Assembly: GCF_009914755.1 (NCBI RefSeq)
Contig: NC_060942.1
Origin: the human T2T-CHM13v2.0 reference genome, Homo sapiens
DNA length: 64,000 bases
Reading direction: 5' to 3' (one strand)
Shown here: positions 56,331 to 64,000 of the stretch, piece after piece
Numbering within the stretch: the first letter of the stretch is position 1
Layout of the letters: each line of letters opens with the position of its first letter
Notes under the pieces: model-generated
The model's input: only the letters and a program-made list of their open reading frames with translations
Databases searched by the model: none
Told to the model about the DNA's origin: nothing
Translations under genes and position numbers: made by a program

Positions 56331-58900
56331 CCTGTACCTAGAAAAATAATAAATCAAAAACAATGTCGCATCCCTGGAGGGGTTGCAGAGATTAGTGCCA
56401 CCATCAAGGACTTGAAAGAGGCAGAAGTGGTGATTCCCACCACATCCCCATTCAACTCTCCAGTTTGGCCCATGCAGAAGACAGATGTGTCTTGGAGAAT
56501 GACGGTGGATTATCGTAAGCTTAACCAAGTGGTGACTCCAATTGCAGCTGCTCTACCAGATGTGGTTTCATTGCTTGAGCAAATTAACATATCTCCTGGT
56601 ACCTGGTATGGTACGCAGCCATTGATTTGGCAAATGCCTTTTCTTCCATTCCTGGCCATAAGGCCCACCGGGAGCAATTTGCCTTCAACTGGAAAAGCCA
56701 GCAATATACCTTTACTGTCCTACCTCGGGGGTGTATCAACCCTCCGGCTTTGTGCCATAATCTTGTTTGGAGAGAACTTGATCACTTTTCCCTTCCACAA
56801 GATATCATACTGGTCAATTACACTGATGACATTATGCTGATTGGACCCAGTGAATGAGATGTAGCAAACACGCTGATCTGATTGGTAAGATATTTGCATG
56901 CCACGGGATAAGAAATAAATCCGATTAAAATTCAGAGACCTCTACCTCAGTGAAATTTCTAGGTGTCCAGTGGTGTGAAGCCTGTCGAGATATTCCTTCT
57001 AAGGTGAAGGATACATTTTTGCATTCGGCCCCTCCTACAACCAAAAAAGAGGCACAATGCTTACAGGGCCTATTTGGATTTTGGAGGCAACACATTTCTC
57101 ATTTGAGTGTGTTACTCTGGCCCATTTATCAAGTGACCTGAAAGGCTGCAAGTTTGGGTGGGGTCCAGAACAGGAAAAGGCTCTGCAACAGGTCCAGGAT
57201 GTTGTGCAAGCTGCTCTGCCACGTGGGCCAAAGGGCCCAGCAGATCCAATGGTGCTTGAGGTTTCAGTGGCAGATAGGGATGCTGTTTGTAGCCTTTGGC
57301 AGGCCCCCACAGGTGAATCACAGTGGAGGCTTCTAGGATTTTGGAGCACGGCTCTGCCATATTCTGCAGATAACTACTCTCCTCTTGAGAGACAGCTCTT
57401 GGCCTGTTACTGGGCTCTGGTGGAAACTGAATGTCTGACTATAGGTCATCAAGTCGCCATGTGACCTGAATTATCATGAACTGAGTGCTTTCTGACCCAT
57501 CTAGCCATAAAGTGGGTCATGCACAGCAGCATTCCATCATCAAATGGAAGTGATATATGTGTGATCGGGCTCAAGCAAGTCCTGAAGGCACAAGTAAGTT
57601 ACGTGAGGAAGTGGCTCAAAGGCCCATGGTCCCCACTCCTGCCACCCTGCCTTCTCTCTTCTGGCCTGCACCAGTGGTTTCATGGAGAGTTCCTTATGAT
57701 CAGTTGACAGAGAAAGAGAAGACTAGGGCCTGGTTCATAAATGGTTCTGCACGATATGCAGACACCACCCAAAAATGGACAACTGCAGCACTACAGCCCC
57801 TTTCTAGGATATCCCTGAAGGACAGTGGCAAAGGGAAATCTTCCCTGTAGGCAGAACTTCAAGCACTGCACCTGGTTGTGCACTTTGCTTAGAAGAAGAA
57901 GTGGCCAGATGTACGATTATATACTGATTCATGCATGCACTATAGCCAATGGTTTGGCTGCGTGGTCAGAGACTTGAAAGACACATGATTGGAAAATTAA
58001 TGACAAAGACACTTGGGGAAGAGGTATGTGGAGAGACCTCTCTGAGTGGTCAAAAACTGTGAAGATATTTGTATCTCATGTGAATGCTCACCTAAGGGTT
58101 ACCTCAGCAGAGGAGGATTTTAATAATCAAGTGGATAGGATGACTCATTCTGTGAATGCCACTCAGCATCTTTTTCCAGTCACCCCGTCATCACCCAATG
58201 GACCCATGAACAAAGTGGCCATGGTGGCAGGGATGGAGGTTACGCATGGGCTCAGCAACATGGACTTCCACTCACCAAGGCTGACCTGGCTGTGCCACTG
58301 CTGAGTGCCCAATTTGCCAGCAGCAGAGACCAACACTAAGCCCTTCATATGGCACCATTCCTCTGGGTGATTGGCCAGCTACTTGGTGGCAGGTTGATTA
58401 TACTGGACCTCTTCCATCACAGAAAGGGCAGTGGTTTGTCCTCATCTGAATAAATACTTACTCTGGATATGGGTTTGCCTAACCTGCACGCAATGCTTCT
58501 GCTGAGACTACCATAGATGAACTCATGAAATGCCTTATCCACCATCCACACAGCATTGCCTCTGACCAAGACACGTCGTGGCTGAAAAAGTGTGGCAGTG
58601 TGCTCATGCTTAGGAAATTTACTGATCTTACCATGTTTCCCATCATTCTGAAGCAGCTGGATTGATAGAATAGTGGAATGGCCTTTTGAAATCACAATTA
58701 CAATGCCAGCTAGGTGACAATACTTTGCAGGTCTGGGGCAAAGTTCTCCAGAAGACTGTGTATGCTCTGAATCAGCACCCAATATATCGTACTGTTTTCC
58801 CATTGCCAGGATTCATGGGTCCAGGAATCAAGGGGTGGAAGTGGAAGTGGCACCACTCACCGTCACCCCTAGTGACCCACTAGCAAACTTTTTTGCTTCC
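56331..58900 (+). pseudogene. pol: ERVL pol pseudogene (RT, RNase H, integrase)
   Basis: SPFNSPVWP...WRMTVDYRKLN; QFAF...YTFTVLPRG; YTDD at 56819-56830; KFLG; YSPLERQLLA; RNase H AWFINGS and HVNAH; IN H..GHGG/CPIC and WQVDYTGP; many stops and frameshifts, e.g. duplicated tggta near 56604-56613. Confidence 0.95.
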
Positions 58901-58919
58901 TGTTCCCGTGACATTATGT

Positions 58920-59320
58920 TCGACAGGCCTAGAGGTTTTAGTTTCAGAGGGAGGAATGCTGCCACCAGGAGACACAACAATGATTCCATTAAACTGGAAG
59001 TTAAGATTGCCACCTGGACACTTTGGGCTCCTCCTTCCTTTAAGTGGACAGCTTAGCTAAGAAGGCTACGATGGGAGTTACAGTGTTGGCCAGGGTGGTT
59101 GACCTGGACTCTCAAGATGAAATCAGTCTACTACTCCATAATGGAGATAAGAAAGAGAATGTGTGGAATACAGGAGATCCTTTAGGGCGTCTCTTAGTAT
59201 CACCATGCCCTGTGATTAGGGTCAATGAGAAACTACAACAACCCAATCCAGGCAGGACTACAAATGGCCCAGACCCTTCAGGAATGAAGGTTTGGGTCAC
59301 TCCACCAGGAAAAAAACCAT
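58920..59320 (+). pseudogene. dut: ERVL dUTPase remnant downstream of integrase
   Basis: GGMLPPGDTTMIPLNWKLRLPPGHFGLL, then GVTVLARVVDLDSQDEISLLLHNG...GDPLGRLL: degenerate dUTPase motifs, frameshifted. Confidence 0.8.
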
Positions 59321-59750
59321 GACCTGCTGAGGTGCTTGCTGAGGGCAAAGGGAATACAGAATGGGTAATAGAAGAAGCTTGTCATCAATACCAGCTACAA
59401 CCATGTGATCAGTTCCAGAAATGAGGACTGTAATTTTCATGAGTATTTCCTCCTCACTTTCTTAAAAATATGTTTTTGCATGTATACACTTGCACTAAGA
59501 AGATATCTTCATTTTACGTCCCCTCTTTTTCCTTTATCATGTGACATAAGATTTATTGCCTTCATATCAGCATTTCAGTGTTGTTAACTTTATGTAATAG
59601 CATTTAGGTTAAGGATTAGTGCACTTCTGGTTGTGGGAAGGATAGCTGTATCATGTTAGGTGTAATTATGACCTTATTACTGTCTTTACTTGAAGATTAT
59701 GTATGATTTTGGGAGATGTATATGAGCTCAAATTTGAAAAGGGGTGGACT

Positions 59751-60266
59751 TGTGGTGGTTAATATTAAGTGTCAACTTGATTGGATTGAAGGATGCAAAG
59801 TTTTGTTCCTGGTTGTGTCCGTGAGGGTATTGCCAAAGGAGATTAACATTTGAGTTGGTAGCCTGGGAGAGACAGACTCACCCTCAATCTGGGTGGGCCC
59901 CATCTAATCAGCTGCCAGCACGGATAGAAAAAAGCAGGCGGAAGAAGGCGGAATAGGCAGACCTGCTGAGTCCTCCGGCCTTCTTCTTTCTCCCGTGCTG
60001 CATGCTTCCTGCCCTTGCACATCAGACGCCAAGTTCTTCAGCTTTTGGACTCTTAGACTTATACCAGTGATTTGCCAGGGACTCTCGGGCCTTCAACCAC
60101 AGATTGAAGGCTGCACTGTCAGCTTCCCTACTTTTGAGGTTTTGTGTTCCTTGCTCCTCAGCTTGCCTATTCTGGAACTTCACCTTGTGATCATGTGAGT
60201 CAATTCTCCTAATAAACTGCATCTATCCTATTAGTTCTGTCCTTCTAAAGAACCCTGACTAATACA
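59751..60266 (+). repeat. 3' LTR (MLT2A2-like), essentially complete
   Basis: TG...CA termini, preceded by the PPT; AATAAA at 60211-60216. Confidence 0.95.
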
Positions 60267-60463
60267 AAGACTTAGAAGAAAGTTAAATGAAAACATGAGG
60301 TGCTTTGGGAAAAACAAAGGCTCGTGGAGGTAATACAGACCCTCAGGGAACTCCAAATCAACCTGAAGCCAGTGGATCTCTGAGTAGGAAAAAACAGGAG
60401 AGACAAAAGAAAGGTACTGAAAAAAGACAAAAGCCAGCATGCACTCTTCGTAAAATCTTACTT

Positions 60464-60985
60464 AGGGTGACCCTTCCTCTGGGTTAGGGCCAAAGACCCC
60501 AGTGCATTTGGATACCTGCGACCCTTCTCCTAATGGTGTTTGTCAGTGAACACAAGGGGTTGCATAGAGTTATCAAGGAAACCAGTTATGTTGAAATTAA
60601 ATTTTCACAATGTTAAAAGGATGTGTGGCATCATAATGTTTTTCTTTATTAGCATTTTAAATAAATATAACGAGTTGCAGATCAAATACTCATAACCAAA
60701 ATATCAAAGTAGTGATGAGCTTAAATTGTATTTCAGGTTATCTGCAACACCTGTGAAATGGTATGAAAATATCTGTGATTTCTATCACTGACAAAATCGC
60801 TGTATTGCTATGCTTCTATGGTTTGCAGCCTGTATTCGTCATTGAAAAAAAGATTCTTTTTTTAGTTGGAGGTTCGTGCAGAATTAAGATGCAGTTTTTT
60901 CCACAGCCAACCATGCTCTCCTCTGAATTCATTCCATGGAACAAACTTCTCCAAGGGGACCCCAGATAGATCCATGACCCCAGAT
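60464..60985. mobile_element. hAT-Charlie DNA transposon (Charlie4a/MER80-like)
   Basis: aaggaaaccagttatgttgaaat...aagtagtgatgagc...tatctgcaaca...tatgaaaatatctgtgatttctat...cctctgaattcattccatgga. Confidence 0.6.
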
Positions 60986-62329
60986 GAGGAAATCTTGCTG
61001 CTCTAGGGGACTTTGGGCATCTAGATATCACTTTAAATGTTACAATGCCACGTAAACATTATGAATAAAACATACTGAAATTTTTGAAAAATCATAAAAA
61101 TGAAAAAGTAATTTAGAAATACAGGATTTAAAACATGAGAAATTTTGAATTCTCCTAAATCACAAGAATAGGTAATTTCTGAGAATATTTTCTATGAAAT
61201 TATGAATTTTATTTTCATCTGAAGAGTGTTCCATATAAAAAAAACACATAATATGTAGAGGGGGTAAGACACATTTAATTATAGTTTTGTGCCTTATTAT
61301 TAAGGGGGCGGATGAAACTATTTTGCAAAGTCTTAGGTGAAACCTGTCCATTCAAGTCAAAGAATGTGTACAAGGAATGCTTCCTTAGAATTCCCATTCT
61401 CTGGAAATTAATGCTTTTATGGTGCTGATCCAATGATAAAACCTAGGATGAGATTTCCTGCTTTCTGATTTCCACATTAGGATCTGATTCATGGGAACTG
61501 AGCCTTCCCCAAAGAATTGCAGTTAAATGAATATCCCCAAGAAGGTGAGCACATTTTCCTGTCCATTCAAAATGTAAAATACCTAGGTTGTTTAAGCATG
61601 AGCAACACATAGTCAAGTGGCCCCAGTGAGTTTTTACCCCTGTGGATAATTATGAAACAACCAGGAAGTAATAAAAAATTTCTGCCTCATGAGAAATGTA
61701 TTCTAGCTCAGACTCCAGAGCAGCTGAGTGACCTCCCTTCAAAGTCAGGCAGGAGGGAGACATCGCGAGGTGTCCACTGGGTCCTAACTGTCGAATTGTC
61801 AGGGTTAGGAGAAGGTTCCTTCCCAGATTTTATTCAGACCTGGAGAGCTGTACAGAAGCAAAGAGAAACAGGCATGATTACCATTTAAACTGTTGAAGAT
61901 GTTACAATTGACAATTATAAAAGAGAAATTTTGGACAGAAATGGATAATTCTCTGTGACTAGCAGGTCACTAGGAGCAGAAAGTGGCAGATATGAGGATC
62001 AACGAAATGTGCAGAAACAGGTGCTACCTCCCAATAAGACCGGTGAAGACACCTTCATTCCCTCTAGTTATGGGGTGAGAAGAGGCTTCACCAGCCGCAT
62101 TACAACCAGGTCTGCATGTTACTTTAAGGTGTTTTTTTGTGACTTTATGCTTAGGTCAATGGTTTAGCCAACTGCATCTTGTCCATTCACAGTTTTTCCA
62201 CTGCCTATAGAATTCAGTTGAAAATCATTCTTTGGTTGTTTTTGTAGCCATCTGTTGTTTCTGAGTGCCCAGGTACCTTCCTCCCATCTTCTCATAAGAG
62301 AACCCCTTTTTAGGGGGATAATTCCCTTC

Positions 62330-63275
62330 TCTTCATGAGGTCCTGATGAGGCTGCCAATCCAAGTACCTAGATGCCCTGGCCACAGGTGGGAGAGTGAGT
62401 CTGTTACATGAGTCTGTCATGTGGGGTGATGTGGGGTCCATCCTCAAGAACATCATCATTATCTCAGGATGGACACAGCATCTGTTAGGTCTATCAGAGT
62501 CCTCATCTGGGAAAACAGGAGACAGAAGCGCTGCGTTTACTCTGGGATGACACAAGTCCAGAGTGGTATAAACCCCCCTCACTTTCTTCCTCTCCATCGA
62601 GCAAGCCATTGACTATTGGAGGAAATACTGACTGCTCCAGTGGAAGAAAGAAGAGGATGATAGATGGAAAGAGGAAGGAGGGAGACAGAAAAGACAGGGC
62701 GGGAGAGGGAGTGAGAGGGGGAAGAAAGTAGAAACAAAGGGAAGGAAAGTGGATAACTGGAGGAAACTAACATTGGTCCAATCCTCGGAGCTCCTGAGGC
62801 CACTTCCACTGCTAACTTTGAAGGATCCAGGTCAATAGATGTCCCCTTTAGCTTAAGCTGCCTTTTGTACTCTGTGTCTTCTCCATGTCCAGGGGCACCT
62901 AACTAGATTCATTCACCAGTCTCTTTGCAGTTCAGGGTAGCCTGTGACTGGATCTGGTGATTACGATGTTGACACAAGTCGGGCCTGGCTTTGTCCTCTC
63001 CCATCTCCCCCATGGTCCCATCTCCCCTATGGTATCCCCCTGGCCCTTTTCTCTTTCTGAGCAGCTGGAATGAAACACCTTGAGGAAGGCCTTGGAAGCC
63101 AAGTGTGCAAGAGACAGCAAGTTCTCTGAATGACTACAGCCAAGAGGAAGGCCCCACTGACTGTTCAGCTGACACTGTCTCAGCTATCTCAAAGTTTGGC
63201 CATTTTTTAATAGCAGTAAGTAGTTCTGTGACTAATATATTGGGTTTCTGTCATGTGAAACAAATCCTAAGAACA
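62330..63275 (+). mobile_element. Old ERVL/MaLR LTR fragments (LTR16/LTR33/MLT1J-like), probably nested
   Basis: ggtcaatagatgtcccctttagcttaagctg; cagtctctttgcagttcagggtagcctgtgactgg; ttgggtttctgtcatgtgaaac. Confidence 0.45.
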
Positions 63276-64000
63276 TAGGGATTGTTAAGAACATTTTGAC
63301 ACCAAGAATGGCATAAGAATGGTATACATGCATTGACAAAAATGATTTGGGAGGACATTACTCACTACTCAGAAAGCAGCTCCTCCACAGAGCAGAAGGC
63401 TTGCTCCACTGGGTAGGGCAGGTGCAACAAAAGAAGCCAGCATGTCTGATATCCTCACCTCTGCCTGACACCACATCCCAGCCCATCCACAGGTGAAGAA
63501 AAAAAGGTGAATCTGGTCCTTCTCTCTTTAAGTTGCCCAACTTTGCTGCTGGAGAAACTCCACTCACTGGGGTACCGTACTTAGTTTAGACTGTCATTTT
63601 CTAAGTGGCCAGGGTAACCTGACAGTGTTCCCATAAGGTTCAAATTTTATTTAATTTCTAAAATAAAATATGTTCCATCTAGGTGAGCAGGAAGTCAAGT
63701 CTGTCCTCAGGAGCTTCCTCATGGAAAATCTCCAAGGGACTCAATGTGATGCACTCTGACCCATGAGCCACGTGCTCCCTGCCTGCCAGGAGGGCAGGAG
63801 CCCAGATTCTCTCTGCCTCCACCTCCATAGCCCAGACCTCCAGACAGCCCCGCCCTGGGCTTCGTCCATCCATCCCCACTGGCTGCCCCAGCAGACACCT
63901 ATAGCTGCAGGGGAACTTGAGAATGAGGGCATCTGGAAGAAAGTCTGCCCCACCTCAACAATGTCCACAGCTTGCATCAGCTGGTCTGAGTATTCTGCAG

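Larger units (their letters stand above)
55557..60266 (+). mobile_element. Defective HERV-L (ERVL) provirus with MLT2A2-like LTRs; PBS and most of gag deleted; no env
   Basis: Two homologous LTRs starting TGTG(A/G)TGGTTAATATT; terminal ctgactaataca; 5-bp TSD aagat (55552-55556) / aagac (60267-60271); PPT gaaaaggggtgga at 59736-59748; internal pro/pol/dUTPase. Confidence 0.95.

Noticed and set aside
56412-58304. Functional retroviral pol
   Set aside because: Split across frames by many stops and frameshifts; YIDD changed to YTDD and RNase H DGS to NGS

Overview
Primate (human-like) non-coding genomic DNA, intergenic or deep intronic. I recognise no intact cellular protein-coding gene, tRNA or rRNA. 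Nearly all ORFs in the track are chance ORFs or read-throughs of Alu, L1, MaLR or ERV sequence. Much of the window is decayed transposons: five Alus, L1PA/L1M fragments, a HAL1, L2 and MIR relics, about ten MaLR (MLT1) solo LTRs, a MER66-like ERV1 LTR, a collapsed MADE1 and Tigger/Charlie fragments. The dominant feature is a defective HERV-L provirus (55557-60266, +) with MLT2A-type LTRs and a pseudogenised pro-RT-RNaseH-IN-dUTPase. Its 5' LTR is fused directly to the end of gag by a post-insertion deletion. Repeat-poor islands (about 1.76-2.19 kb, 18.05-18.8 kb and 26.2-27.7 kb) carry CpG enrichment, homeodomain composite motifs or splice signals, and are the best candidates for enhancers or lncRNA exons. 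Repeat subfamily names come from my recollection of consensus sequences, not from a search, and boundaries of old elements are approximate. I do not see convincing evidence for a wholly new biological system; the findings are testable leads.
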